A DNA stretch of 59,244 nucleotides from Catajapyx aquilonaris. Its lineage: Eukaryota. The translations under genes and the position numbers were made by a program. Location: the NCBI GenBank assembly GCA_000934665.2, contig KZ538610.1, positions 1 through 59,244 of the forward strand, given 5' to 3'. Shown piece by piece: positions 38,743-52,073 of the stretch (positions are counted from its first letter, which is position 1; each line of letters begins with the position of its first letter). The notes under the pieces are model-generated. The model searched no databases and was not told the DNA's origin. It was given only the letters and a program-made list of their open reading frames with translations.

Positions 38743-40803
38743 GAAATTTTATGCATATCATTCTAATGTAGTTACGTATTTATATACATCTGATCGGTTC
38801 GCGTGGCAGGGGTATCAAGACACTCTTTCTCATCTCCCGGTGTTGCCAACATGTCGGAAGCCCACCCCCCCCGCCCAACCCCGTTGCTAAGTGCGGACAA
38901 ACGACAGACCTTCCGTATATATAAATTTTATGCATTTATTTTATATATGCCGGTTAACATGACTGTTTTTCTCCCCAGGCCTCCATTTAAAATAAATAAA
39001 TACGAGACCCACTCAAAATAGAGCGTTTTGACCCATTTTGATTCAGGCCACATTGGAAGGAGAATCGGTGGCCGGATTGCGAGCCAGAAGAAACTGATCT
39101 GACACGTTCAATGGACTAGTGGGCCATTTATCAGGCCGTCATGAGCCACTTTAGTGTTATCGGCGCGCTTATCGGCGTAATTTTTGGGGAATGGGTGGGC
39201 TCAAGGAGGGCAGGAGCCTGGAAAATGGAGATTTCACCACCAGCTAATCCTCTCATGTATTGAGCATATACTGTACAGGGCATACAGTGGCCGTCGCTGT
39301 AAATCATTCACGCCTCGCATAAGGTACATATTCAGGGTCACCGCAATCGCACAGTACATTATTTAATTTTAAACACATACGCACTTGTTCATTTAACTCG
39401 TGTGTAACTATATGCAGTGTGTGGTACCTGTATGACATTGTATGTACCGCAGTATGTTAGGATTTGGCGAAACAGCGCAAAGAGTCTGCGTGAGTGAATT
39501 TCGATTTGCATTTGACCACCTGTTGATTCCGACGACACAAAACAAGCAGGGTGGGCATACCGCATCGGCGATTTCAATCCGGTTTTATGCCGGCTGCAAG
39601 ACTGGTTCTATCTCGGTGTCTCGCCGATTTGTTCAACCCTACTTCATCACAATGCATGTGACATCCGAACCATGTGACAGAAGTGAGACGGACTCAAACC
39701 TGTTAAATCGGTTGTAAATGGCCAGTGCAAATTCCAACTGATATGTATAAGTATTCAAGTACAGGGTGTTTCATACTTCACATGACCCTCATATAGGTCA
39801 TCCCTTGCACCTGCCAAGTTTTTGGTACCTGTCATGTGTCCGGAGGGGGTTTAGGGACGGTCCCGCTCCCTCTCTACTTTTATCCTCCTCCACCCCCTAA
39901 ACCCCCCGACCGCCCCCGACCCCTCCAGGCTTTGGAGAGGATGAGATGAGAGAAAAGAGGGGGGGCAGGTTGGGGGAGAGAAAGTCGGGGAAAGGTTACA
40001 GCCGCCGCCCCTCTGCACACCCGTTTTTGCCCCCGCCGACCAGGCCTCCCGGATCAATAAGAGGGGGGCGGTAGGGGGGAGGAGATGGGTAGCCCTCCCC
40101 ACCCCTCTTTTCTACCGCCCCCATCTCACCCTCAAAACCCTCTCCCCACACCCCCGCACATTTTTTTTTCCTCCCCCTCTTCCTTTCCCCTTCTGTGCGC
40201 CCCCCACCGTGGGTTCCTCCCCCGCCAACCTGCAGCGTTGTTGCCAAACCCGCGCAAGCTCAGAATGCGACATATGACTTAAATGCAAATTTTGGAAGGG
40301 GGGCGGCCTGTTCCAAAATACACTGTGCGCATCTTTATGTCCGGGATAGTACATTCCCGCCAAAAGTTTCGGGGGGGACTCACGTGGTGGGGGCGCCAAA
40401 TTTGAATTTCCCTCGCGGAGCGCTGCGTATGCGTGAGCATGGGGGAGATAAGAGGGGGGGGNGGGATTTATAGGTACGAGTCGCTGTCCGGAATGGCCCT
40501 GGCAAACGGGGGGTGGGAGTAATCGGGTTCCCTCGGCAAAGTTGGGTGGGGGCGGATAGGGTGAGCTCCCCCCCTCCCGATGAGCCGGGGAGGGGAGAGG
40601 TGGTTGGTTGGGGGGTGTTGCAGCCCCCGCCCTCCCGAGAGAGAGTCATCGTGAGTCTGGCGGACTTGGCGGTATGAGTAGCGCGTGCTGGCACTTGGCT
40701 CCCTGCACGTGAGATGTGACGCGGGTGTGCTGTGTCGAATCGCACCCTGTGAGCCGCCGGCTCACAACCCGGAACGGTGGCTCAACTTGGCCCAATCCCG
40801 CAG

Positions 40804-40899
40804 ATCAAAAAGAACCGGACTTTTCGAGAAAACTTCTTATGGATGGTGTCCACAACCGGTAGTATGGCCCATCTTAGACGGCGCGCCTCGCTAGGAAAG
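40804..40899 (+). CDS. Candidate additional or alternative exon of the NOL4-like gene (32 aa, phase 0/0)
   Basis: cccgcAG acceptor, consensus donor AAG/GTGAGT, and an open 96-nt frame IKKNRTFRENFLWMVSTTGSMAHLRRRASLGK with an in-frame ATG at 40843. No recognised homology. Confidence 0.3.
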
Positions 40900-41799
40900 G
40901 TGAGTTAAGCACGTGTGTGTCCATACGTGTGGTGAAAGTGCTCGGTTTCAGCAAAAATTTTTCCAAGGCCATTCTTGAGAATGGAGGGTGTGGGGGTCGT
41001 GGGCAGCAGGTTATCAATACATTAAAAAAAAAAAGCGAGTTTAAAATGCGCGCTGGTACACACTAAAAATCCTTGGCCCCATCTTTTCTTCCTTGTGTTA
41101 CAAAAGAAGAATGGGAAGGGCAGGGAGATAGGTGTGGGAGGGATGGGGGCTTCACAAGGACTTGCAGTTTTCACTTCGACACACTTCCAAGTATCTCAGC
41201 TATATTGCTATTAATTCATAGTATAGGGTTTTAAAATTCCCGCACCCTTTGATATGGCCGATTAGATTGATGGCAGGGGTTCGATAATGTCCGTCAATAA
41301 AAGGAATAATTATACAATACCCACAAAATTATATCTGTTCATCGCACCCCCCCCCCCCCTTTGTGGTTATACCGTCCCCCCTATCCAACTCTTAAAAAAT
41401 GAGGGGGTTCATTGATCGCTTGACAGGTCTGAAATGTACAGCCTCTTATTTACGGGAATATCGAGTATAGGGCCGGGTTTTATAGTTTTATCGCAGTTTT
41501 GAGGGGAGGGGGAGACTTGAATGGGCTAGCGTGAAGGGAGGGGGGGAGAGGGGCGTGGAAGATAATTGAGGGGTATTTGACGATGGCAATCTCTGTGTGC
41601 AATCAGATGGTCATCTAGAGAAACATTACGGGGGAGAGCCGGGGGTGTTGTTAGTTTTGCCAATAAGTTATGCAGGATTTGCATACACGCTATTGTGGAA
41701 TTATATAGGCGACGGATCAATTTTCTGTCAGAAGGGCTGATTGAAGTGACCGTACCTTATCCGGTAGCAAGGGTGGGTGGGACAGGTTTATAAAACTGG

Positions 41800-42741
41800 C
41801 CTTAGGGCATATTACACACCCATCGCTCTTAGGGGGTTTCCCGCCCACTACCGGGTGGGGCCGTGGGAGAATCCCAGGTAGAAGCGCATATAAGGGCGGT
41901 TTACATCAATTTTAGCAAAAATAGTCCACAGTGATGCCGGCAATGAACATGGCAATCGCAGTATATTCAATAAACCAAACTTATCTCAAGGGCAAAGAGG
42001 GGCTATCTCATTACTCTAAGCATGAACTGTCATGTACTAATTGAGGTCCGATGGACATCACTGTTTGTGTCCGCGAATAGCAGCCATCATTAGTGTCCGA
42101 CGTATGGTATGGGATTTGACGGCGAATAAAAACCGGGCTTCCTATTGTCCGTACCCTTTGAGCACGCACATTGTGGTGTCGGGGTCCAGGTTTATACATC
42201 GGCTGGTGCTATTTTAGGCCCGATGTCCACCAAATTTGGCGTATGTGTAGAGCGGATCTAGACGGAATCCCCAGGGTGCTTGTTCTTTTATATATTCGCA
42301 ACCGCGTCCGTGTGCAGTAGACTGGTCGGGTTTCATTTGAACCGCCCTTGTACTCTACGGCGTGTTCCGTAACAAAGAAACACCGTGCTGCAGCGCGCTG
42401 CGGTACACTCATTGTCCCAACCTTTTGATCTGACATTCCCTTTATTTGGTTTTTCCCAAACTCTCAGCCCTTCTCTCTCAGGGGAAAGAACTCACCCATT
42501 AGTCAACTAGTGACGACATGCGTCAAGTGACTAAAACGATTCTTCTGTGCATTTTTCTGCTGGAGCATCTGTACAGTTGACATACACGAACTAACAACAC
42601 GTATGTCATAGTTTGGTCTAAAATCCTATGGGCACCCTTGCGTTTAATCAGATTTACGGCTGTTGCCAGATAGTTGCATGGGATGCCCAATAGACACCTG
42701 TTGCATCTCCTCCGGTTTCCGTCCTTCCCGACCACCCCCAC
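41800..42741 (-). pseudogene. Decayed Ty3/Gypsy pol fragment (RNase H to integrase)
   Basis: Collinear degenerate motifs on the minus strand: RQIWWTSGL (R..VWWPGL), KPGPRHH (PW.R.H), FLFAVKSHT (FL.VVD.HS), QTVMSIGPQL (V.SDNGPQF), IAPLCP (APYHP) and RFYLGFSHGP...GNP (FL..YR.TPH..TG.SP). Confidence 0.55.
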
Positions 42742-43113
42742 CCGGCCAATCCATTTCCACGTTTTGCGTAGTCTGCTATTGGGTCAACAATTCGGTGTTT
42801 TGACTATACACTCTGATATGACCGTTTCCATTACGTTTGAGTCTAGGTTAGGTTGACGGAGTAGCCCGCCATTTCTAGTCCGGATTTGGTGCAACCGCAT
42901 AATGTCTCGGTACATCGACCCTGTTCTTTAGGTTTTGCAGAGCCAAGGCTTTTCTTGATGCCGGTGAAGGGGGTTGGGAAGGGCCGGATGATTAGGATAG
43001 ATTCCCCCGTGGGCGCAGCTGTTTGGAGGATAGTGGGGGAGGGAATGGGGTGAAGGATGAAGAAAGGGGAAGCAGCCTCGTAAATAAATTCGCTAGGTTA
43101 TGCATACCATGTA

Positions 43114-43172
43114 TCGCTCAAAAACATAACGATTTTCCAATATGAAATGCAAAATCGTATGTTTTTGAGCGA
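43114..43172. repeat. Short hairpin repeat, related to 47446-47495
   Basis: tcgctcaaaaacata...tatgtttttgagcga. Confidence 0.65.
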
Positions 43173-43315
43173 CATATAGTACCTACATGTATGACCTGTT
43201 GAGACCCCCCCGAACTTTTTTTTTAAATAGTTTCAAAAGTTTTTTAAACGCATCTTGGTAAAGGCGGCCCTTTCAGACGCCACATTTGGAGGGGTGGGAT
43301 TGAGGGGGGGAGGGT

Positions 43316-43493
43316 NNNNNNNNNNNNNNNNNNNNNNNNNNNNNNNNNNNNNNNNNNNNNNNNNNNNNNNNNNNNNNNNNNNNNNNNNNNNNNNNNNNNN
43401 NNNNNNNNNNNNNNNNNNNNNNNNNNNNNNNNNNNNNNNNNNNNNNNNNNNNNNNNNNNNNNNNNNNNNNNNNNNNNNNNNNNNNNNNNNNNN
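43316..43493. other. Assembly gap
   Basis: N run flanked by G-rich sequence. Confidence 0.99.
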
Positions 43494-44356
43494 GGGGGGA
43501 AGTTTGGTTGCCAGGGGGCCATTTGCCAGCTTTTGATGGTCAAGGGGAAAGCAGAGACGCCACTCTAGACTAGAGTTGCCCCCGACGTACTAATGACGCC
43601 TGGGTAACATGATTACACGGGTGTGGGGGGGAGGTGACCACCAGGACAATGTGTACAACAACCGTGACCTATGACCCAGGAGTGAATATGCAGTGGATCC
43701 AATCAAGGGGAATAGCACTATAAATTGCGGAGATGCATCAAAATATAAATAAAGTGGCCCAATTTTACCCCCTGAGGTAGAACCCAAGGTTTTGATCTGG
43801 CATGAAATGTAAATGACCCGTAACCATTTTCGTAATTGGAGGTCATTGATTTATAGTCGATGACGACCATAGGAGTAATTATCATGAAAACGATGGGTAT
43901 CGCTCCTGGGTTATTTAAGCCGGGGGAACTTCCCATGGTACATAACCCCCCCCCCCTCCCCCTAATTCCTACGCCTATTGATTTAACGCTATAGAGTATA
44001 GACCATTGGTGGGAGGGGGGTCCATCATAGTCCCCCTCTGGCTCCAGATCTCGTCACAGCCCCACATGCCCCCCCTCTCTCTTTTTCCCCCCCCTGTTTG
44101 GAACCGGGGAAGGACATAGAGGGGGATTAATGTGCCGGAGGGGGTGAGGGTGGGGGGATCGACGTGCGCTAATTGACTTTGGGGTGGGGCAGCGGCGGTG
44201 TTGTCGGATGACACCCCCTCCCACCCCCTCCCACCCTCATGCGGATGTGGGGCAGTGGGCAGTGTTGCCAAATGCCCACTCATGTGGAAGCATATGTGTT
44301 TCAACCATTTACTTACCAGCTGGGAAAACGCGGCTTGAATGACTCCAAAACAATGT

Positions 44357-44427
44357 ACCCTCATAGCTCAGGTGGAAGAGCAACAGCTGATAGCTGGAGG
44401 TCCCAGGTTCGACTCCTGGTGGGGGCA
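44357..44427 (+). pseudogene. tRNA-like sequence related to 52447-52519
   Basis: Shares CTCATAGCTCAG...AGAGCAA and GGAGGTCCCAGGTTCGACTCCTGGTG with the other copy. The anticodon loop is collapsed (cagct-gat-agctg). Confidence 0.65.
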
Positions 44428-45169
44428 TTGTTGGGTTGTTCATTGGCCTGTGTTTGTATATACTGCGTAACACCGCGCCAATTTAAAGTAGGCGCAGACT
44501 TTTCAAGGTTGCAATTAAATTGCAATGCACGAGCGTAGGGTCAGTGTGACCATGTTTCACTGAAAGACACGTGCTCTTTAACTGTATCGTCGAAACCGGG
44601 TGGACTTTAATGGATATGGGGAACCCACTCGCTGTTGAAAATACTGTTCAAATAAGAGTTAGTTCCTGCTGAATAATCAAAAAAGGAGGTTTTTAACTGT
44701 CATGTTACAGGGTTTCTCGAACATTTAAAATGCATGTAGCTGTTAACTGTCTGTAGCAAAGATAGAAGAAACCGGGCAATGCAGGGGTTTGAAGCAAGTA
44801 ATCTTATAGGCTACCTCATCCGAGATTACCGCGGAAGACTATACGTTACTATGGTAACTCCTTGCAAGATCCTCTGTGATTGGTTATGAGGATTAGGCAC
44901 CATGGAAACGCCTAATTTCGCTGTAAATTCTCTTCTCTGTCTATCTTCTAACAAGGACAATGTTGACCCTCCTGCCAAAAATCACACAAATACTGTAGGT
45001 GAAATTAGTTGGCCGGAAGGAGCGCACACTGTTATACCACACCTTCCTGCCGCCCCTAAGCCAAATACGTCCAGTAACCCTTCATCCTACCTGTATGCAT
45101 ATCAGACTAATCCGCCACGAGAAAGGAAATAGCGCACATGTCAGTGATCTGATGACCCTCAGGTACATA

Positions 45170-45245
45170 CGTACTGGTGGCGCTTAGAGCCGTTGGCGGC
45201 AATATAGCGAACTTTACGCTATCGGCTCGAGGCGCCACCAGTACG
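45170..45245. repeat. 76-nt hairpin
   Basis: cgtactggtggcgc / gcgccaccagtacg perfect 14-bp stem, extended by gagccg / cggctc. Confidence 0.75.
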
Positions 45246-46029
45246 ACACCATTAATATGAAATCTTGGGCTGTTTAGTCTGACACACCCGATTAGACCCG
45301 AATTCTGAGACACCCTGTCTAGTGGAGTGTTCCCCCACCCCTCTCCCCAATTCTCCCCCATCCCTCCATCCCCTTTCAGCCTTGTGGGCTAGCCTCCAGA
45401 ATCCGTCCATTAATAATGCAGACGACACGGGAGGTGGGGGGGGGGGAAGGGGGGAGGGGGAGGAGGAGGAGGAGAAGGAGGAGGCGTATTGGATTTTGGG
45501 GCTTTCCGGGAGTAGGGTAGGGTGGAGGGGAATTGAGGGTGGAATGGGGAATAGAGGGGNGAGGTGAGAGGGGGGGGAGGGAGGGGAGGGGGGAAGAAAA
45601 AATAGAGTCAGGGGTCATCAGTAATAGTCGCTCATAGATGGGGAAATGTCTTCATCCGTGATGGGTTCGCACGGACGTTGTTCGGTCATATATATGGATG
45701 CGAGATATCCCGTACAGTATTTACCTGGACTAACTATGCGATACGAACTCATATGAGGTGGCTATCACGCCTGAGAGTAGTCAACGCATGGAAAGAGAGG
45801 CCAATACCAATCAGCAGTCCACGGGGGTCATTCGAAGGAGTGTTTCAGATCAGTTTCTTCTCTAGAAACGGGAGAAGCTGGGATTGGCCATGAAAGGAGC
45901 ATTTTGAAGGAGTGTGAGCCAAACTACTGCACCTTGAAGCCCCGTTGATGGTCCCTTGATGGACTCTGGTAACCTCCCCTCCCAACAATAATGGGAAGGG
46001 AATAAATCTTTACAGACCTGGTTCCAATG

Positions 46030-46566
46030 CTGCCATGTTTTTCTACTGGACGGCCGGATATATATGAGGGGATGGGGGTAAGGGGGAGGAGAAATAGCCT
46101 GTCATTACATTCCAACGGCATAAATGCTAGCCAGGGGGCATGGTTCGAATTCTGTTGGGCCGGCAAACACGAGTTAAATAAAATTGCAGTCGTACCAATT
46201 ATGGCAATGCTCCAGTCTGCCACTTCTATATATTTGCAAGGTCTCGTCTTGGGGCGTTTCACGTCACCCATGATGAGCAAGACCTAGTGGCCCATGAAGA
46301 CACTCATTACTTGCGGTGTTCTTAGCCTTGAGAATGTTCCCACATATGATGTCGGGTCGCGTTTTAGTTCATTTGCTAGTTTTATATATGGCATGTGTGA
46401 CATACATGACACTTTTACTGAAGGACATGCGTCGCACACGGGTAACCCCACGTGGAATGAAGCGTCTCACCCCAGCACCACTGCATGGGGGAAGATGTTC
46501 CAGTACATGGTCACTGGTGATACAGGGTTAGATTATGCGCGGTGGTGTCAGCCTTGCAGTGTGTGA
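46030..46566 (+). pseudogene. Possible decayed Gypsy pol fragment ending in the integrase zinc finger
   Basis: QGAWFEFCWAGKH resembles L..Y.F.I.Y..GK.N. H..HTG...DYARWCQPC resembles H....GH.G...DV..Y.R.C..C. Confidence 0.35.
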
Positions 46567-46654
46567 ACCTTTCCTACGAGATGTCATCGCAAATTGCTCG
46601 AGTAGCCTTGACACGTTAGGTGTTGTGCGTACTGAATAGCCAAAATCGACTGTA

Positions 46655-46776
46655 CAGTCACTTTCAGGAGTATACCTGAAGCCTCCAAGACCGCCACCGT
46701 CGATCGGCTACACCAGCGCCTATCTTGGAGTCTATGTTGAGCTTCAGGTCTGCTACCTTACTCCTGGAAGTGACTG
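46655..46776. mobile_element. Tc1/mariner-type MITE related to 51505-51651
   Basis: TA|CAGTCACTTTCAGGAGTA ... TACTCCTGGAAGTGACTG|TA. Shares cttcaggtctgctaccttactc with 51505-51651. Confidence 0.8.
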
Positions 46777-47445
46777 TAACCATTCGCATGACACTACATT
46801 ATATTTTGTCGGATAAGAAACGTCTATTTGTAGCATCGTAATCCGATCGCATGTTTTAAAGTCCAATCAGGAAACCGCTAGAAAGTTATACCGGAGCAAA
46901 GCATTAATCAGTGTTTTGTTCCTCCCCAGGTAAGTCCACAACACAATTAGGCTAATCGAATCTAGTTGCGGTTTGGCACGAGCGGGAACTGCAAAAATCA
47001 AACCCCTGAACATAACATAAGTTGCTCTCAGCCATAATTGCAACCAGGTTATTTCAGCATCCAGGGGAGAAAAAAACACACTCGGGAAAGGGTTGCCAAC
47101 ACGTATCCCTGGAGACACTACAAAAAAAAATTGCAATTGGCACAGATTTATTGCATTTGATCCGCAAACGGAGTTTTCGACCAGGCGAGGGGTTGAGCGA
47201 GGTTGAGCCTCTGGGTGGGTTGAATGGGTAATAGGACCGGAGCTAGCCTGCTACTATTTTGGAGCTGGGCTTTGCTCGTATTCAACAGGTAACAGGGGAG
47301 AATGAGGAATAATTTAGAAGGTGCTAATTGTCCATCCGTGCCAGTGGAAATAGTGGGCTGGAGCTGGTAGGAGAAAAGTGATGTATCAGACCCTAAAGAT
47401 ACAGGGTTGTCCTATAATTTTTCACAAAGACAGTTAACGTACTTA

Positions 47446-47495
47446 ATATCGCTCAAAAAGACGCTATTTTGCGAACCCGTCTTTTTGAGCGATAT
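47446..47495. repeat. Short hairpin repeat, related to 43114-43172
   Basis: atatcgctcaaaaagacg...cgtctttttgagcgatat, a perfect 18-bp stem. Confidence 0.7.
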
Positions 47496-48329
47496 AGTAC
47501 ATTTCCCATTTTTGGAGGATGTTTGGCATTTTTAAAGTGACACGATTCGGATTTTTTGGATGCTAAAAACTGGGCACAAAGGCATATTTTAAAGCCGGTA
47601 AAAGGGTTGAATTCGCAAGATGCGGAGGGGTTGAGCGTGCATGGAGTGCCCGATAAAATCCGTTGCTCAAGCGCTCGTTTTCCCTTGTACACGTATAAGC
47701 GTCGTGAGCGTATCGGGTAGGTGCGTGTGAAGTTTTTGCGCATTGCATTAGCTCAAGGCGGTACATGGCCCTGATGACTGAATTGTACGTAGGCATGTCG
47801 ATTTTTTTCACACTAAAATAACTAACTAAAATAACTAAATAAATTTTAGGATAAGGTAACACACATTTGGTGGAGTGTAAGGTGGCAGAGTAATCCCTTT
47901 CACAGCCCCTCGGAGAGCCGGCCTTATTTACATATTAGCCTACTTCACACCGGTTGATTCTAAACAGTGGTGTTGCCCTGTCTGACCTACCTCAAGGCCT
48001 GACTTTCATTATCCGATTCAGTGCATACCGCTTGGGGGTCCTTTATGGTGGTACCTACAAAACGGGATTTAATTCGGTGGTGGCCAGTTATTGCGACTGT
48101 TGAAGAGGGGAAAAAAAGAAGGAAGCTTTGACCTGAAGAGCACGTGCAGGGGGCATCCCAAAGTCAGGGGGCTGGGATTAGAATCGGCCTCTTTTCAAGG
48201 ATGGCCACGTGGCTTAGCCCCCAGGCCAAACCCTTCCGTTGCAATCATCTTATCGGAACCCATGTACACTCACTAGCAAAAGACCAAAAAATTGTTGGTA
48301 TTTACACCGTAATTAAATTTTTTTTCTGA

Positions 48330-48830
48330 TTTGAGTATAGCCGGTTATGGTTGCGTCACCATGGAGGCGGGCAGGTAGCGCAGGGTGACCTTGGTATCGG
48401 TATATCCTGCAGTCAAAATCAAGGCTGGGTAAAGAAGGTGTTATGCAAGAAAGGGGGGGGGGGTACCAGAAGGAAGGTTGCGGTTGTTTATGCCCCTGGT
48501 GTTGGTCACACTGGTGGAGACTGATTTTTTGGGCCATAATCAGTTGGATATGGTCGCGTGCTGCGTATGAGTTTTTGGGGAACGTGCGTGGGTAAGGGGG
48601 CTTGGAAGTGGGGGTTGTATATGTACGGGTCAAGGGCAGGGTTAGATAGCTGGGGCGTGCAGAGGGTTTGGACGGGGGCTGGCTGATAAGGACGCTCCCT
48701 ATCTGCCAAAATGCGAGGGACACTCGGGTAGCCCTGTGAAACGTGTGGGTTGGCCTTCACACATGATACTCTCAGGACTTGACAAAGGGCACCTTGTCTG
48801 GACATCGCTGAGAAAAAGTAACCTAAGACC
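48330..48830 (-). pseudogene. Decayed LINE fragment (post-RT region)
   Basis: LSNPALDPYIYNPHF resembles YLG..LD..L.WNPHI, followed by segments like L.PL...S.L..K..Y...P...Y. Weak match. Confidence 0.35.
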
Positions 48831-51504
48831 ATTTTTAAAACCCATTATCTGTCACAAGACATTATGACAGTAATATTTCAATGTATCAGATACAGATAAT
48901 TGGTATGGGAATATGACGCATTTTGTGTGGAACAGCTATACAATGACATGTGTAGTGCTGAGGTGTGCTGAGGGATTAGAGTCAGTCTGTGGGGGGTAAT
49001 CGATTGCAACTGATCAGCTGACAATTCCCTTTAGAGACTGAGATGCAAAAACCTCAAGCACTCCCCTGGTGTCAGGCTACGAAAGTGCAAACACGTGTTA
49101 GGTTTTGCGCTTTGTTGCTACTCTTAATGTTGTCGGTGATACTTTTTAAACGACTATGTAGCCGGTGATTAGATCATGGATACCTTTTTACCAGGCTGAA
49201 AAAATAATTGATATTACAATGATTAGCATTTCGACTAGGGATTTTGCGCATTATGTTGGGGGTGCCATTGACTTTTAGGGTGAAAATAATTTTGAGTGGA
49301 ATTCCCTTCACTTGCAGAGACTTTTGACTCTTCCACTCCACAGAAGCGGGGCACTTGCAGTGCATTCAACGCGTTCAACTGGAGGGAAATAATTTTCATT
49401 CCAAAGAGTCATTAGTGGAAGTAATCCGGTTTATAGGAGTATTCTCTAATAGTGTGTTTGAGGGATTAGTTATTAATCATTTAGAGTGATCGTTATTATA
49501 CTCGATTTGATTGAACATATTTTCCGGCCAATATACGGAAATAGAAAACAAAACTGGAAAATTACGTGATCTCAAATGTCACTTAAGACGACATTTCCTG
49601 ATCCGTAAAAATGATGCGACCTCCCTGTGCGTTCGTTTAAGGTTCTAAACGTTCCGAGTCCCGTGATGTAATTACCTCGACGCAATGTTGGACTATACAG
49701 AGGGTATTCATCCAATGAACTTAGTTTCATGGGATTTACGACGTCAGTTGAATGGATTTCGTGAACGGGTTTTCTGCAGCAGGTGGATTCACAAAAGGGG
49801 TAGATGGTGTAAATACCTGGTCAAAATAAGGTGACACTGTTTGCCCGCCTGTAACCTATAGGCGCTTGTGTCGAGATAGACCGACGATCGTAGAGCTTAT
49901 CTCCTGGGTGATGAAGGCCCGACTTAAGGTACTGTTCATAATAGCATCAGCCAGTTCATACTAAGTTGATTTAAAGCTATATCAATTGAAGATCAACAAG
50001 ATGTCATTTATAACCGAAGTAATAACATGAAAGGTGCCCATTACTATTATTAACTAATTTTAAAAACAGGTTTATTGTTGTAGAAAAATTCCCTGTTTCG
50101 AAACAATCAGCCGTTTGTTTTACTAGCCTGGAATTATGCTAGGAATATTTTGACAAAACAGTGCATTTGAGATGGAATTGTGCATTAATTACGTACTCGT
50201 TTTTACCAAGAGTAAACATTCACATCCAGTATGACGCTAGTTAAACAAAAGCCCGTTTCAAATGGTGCACATCAGCGAAAAAAATCGCGGGCCCTGTATA
50301 TAAGCACTGTTAGACCACTGTTTAATCCTTATTGCGACTTTATACGAGTAATCAAGGCTCCATTCAAACTCGGACTCACTGTAGAGTACATTCCTGTTCC
50401 GCATTTAAAGGCTGCCTCTAATTTACGGCATGGGTTTTTTTCTCCCCCATTTCATGATTAATCAATTAACTACCAGTTTTTTAAATCAGTAATCAAATAT
50501 ACGGTTAAAATTACCAATAATTACATGCCTTTTTAAAACTGTGTGTTGGGGTCATTTACTATCGTAATCGCCTTTGTCGATTTAGAACACGATTCTAATA
50601 TCGTGCAACAGTTTCCCGAGCATTAACTGCAGCATCCGATTACTCCATTCAATCGTCTTATTGGTTCTCCAGAATGACACTAGATATCGCTACCGTCTGG
50701 ACTTGCCGGCCAACCCCGCGCGTCTTTCAAAACATCGTAGCTACCTCAATATATGTGGCCGAATATTGGGGCCATGGCAACGTGACATTTTGTTGCCATG
50801 CTCATTTTCTTATGCGTACACTAGTGTGGATCCGTCTTGGCGTCACTTTTACGACCGCTTACCATATCCGTGTCAGCATCTTCACATTTGGAGGTTGATT
50901 TTGACACCATAAAAAAACTGGGGGGGAAATGTAGCACGGATTTTTCTTACGGTAAACAGACGAGGGAAAGAAATGCACGGTGCTTTCAAGCTAAATCAAT
51001 AACTGCATGAAAACGCCCTTTTTAGTGCGACGAAACTGATTTCTTTCTCTTTGGAAGGAGGAAAAAATGTCCCCTCCTCCTCCTCCTCCTCCCCGCCGCA
51101 AAATGGAGGCAGAAGGGGAGAATGGAAAAAGCTTTCCCTCTTGGAAACGCACTAAATCCTAACACTCCCTATTCACATTAACGCCCTTCAATCACGCCCA
51201 CATTATCAGAAATTCTCATCCACTTCCAATCAGCAAATTTTTGTAGCGAAAGCACTCTTCCGCTCCTCCGCTCTCCCCTTTCCCCGCCGCCTAACTCCCC
51301 TCTCCCCCCGCCGCCTAACTCCCTTCTCCCCGCCGCCTGACTCCCCTCCCGCCGCTAATGACATTAATTGCCTTTCCAAAGATTTCGGCACAGCACTGCC
51401 GCAAAGGAAACTTCGAATCGCGGCTCCGAGAGAAAAGTGCCAAAGCCCCCCCNCCCCCCCCTCAGCACTATAGGTATAGCTATTTGTCACTAGCATATGC
51501 TGTA

Positions 51505-51651
51505 CAGTCGGGGAAATGAGTAAGGTAGCAGACCTGAAGATCAGAATTGCCTCCAAGAGAGGCGATCCTCTCTCTACCTCCAGATTCATGAGGACTTGCT
51601 TAGAGGCTAATCTGATCTTCAGGTCTGCTACCTTACTCATTTCCACGACTG
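51505..51651. mobile_element. Tc1/mariner-type MITE, 147 bp
   Basis: TA|CAGTCGgGGAAATGAGTAAGGTAGCAGACCTGAAGATCAGA and its inverse, ending CGACTG|TA. Confidence 0.88.
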
Positions 51652-51654
51652 TAA

Positions 51655-51801
51655 CAGTCGGTTAAAGGAGTATCTCACCATACCCGACCAATAAATTAGC
51701 CTCCAACAGAGAGGTGCTGCCTGGGGGAGTGCGAGTTATTGCATCATGGGGGGGCAGCACCTCTGTTGGAGGCTAATTTCTTGGGTTTCTTTAACCGACT
51801 G
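51655..51801. mobile_element. Tc1/mariner-type MITE, 147 bp, adjacent to the previous one
   Basis: CAGTCGGTTAAAG ... CTTTAACCGACTG|TA with internal inverted aaattagcctccaacagag / ctctgttggaggctaattt. Confidence 0.82.
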
Positions 51802-51870
51802 TACAGTGTAATGCCTCTTCCGAGACGTGTACAGGGTGTAAATCCTAAGCGTGTCACCAGAAAAGATGGT

Positions 51871-52073
51871 GGTAGAGGGCGCAGGTGTGAGGATTTTTGC
51901 ATGAGGAACTATGGGTCGGAAACGCACCCTCACCGAGTTACGCCCCTTTCAAGTTTGCGGCAGGCAGTGTGCAAGAGGTGTGCGGCAGGCGGCGCGGCGG
52001 AGTGGGTGAGGGGGGCTTGGCAGATAGACTCCTAGTTCCTTATGCAAAAATGCTCACACCTGCGCCCTCTACC
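51871..52073. repeat. Inverted repeat (~45-bp arms), probable MITE
   Basis: ggtagagggcgcaggtgtgaggatttttgcatgaggaacta pairs with tagttccttatgcaaaaatgctcacacctgcgccctctacc. A second hairpin follows at about 52084-52177. Confidence 0.7.
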
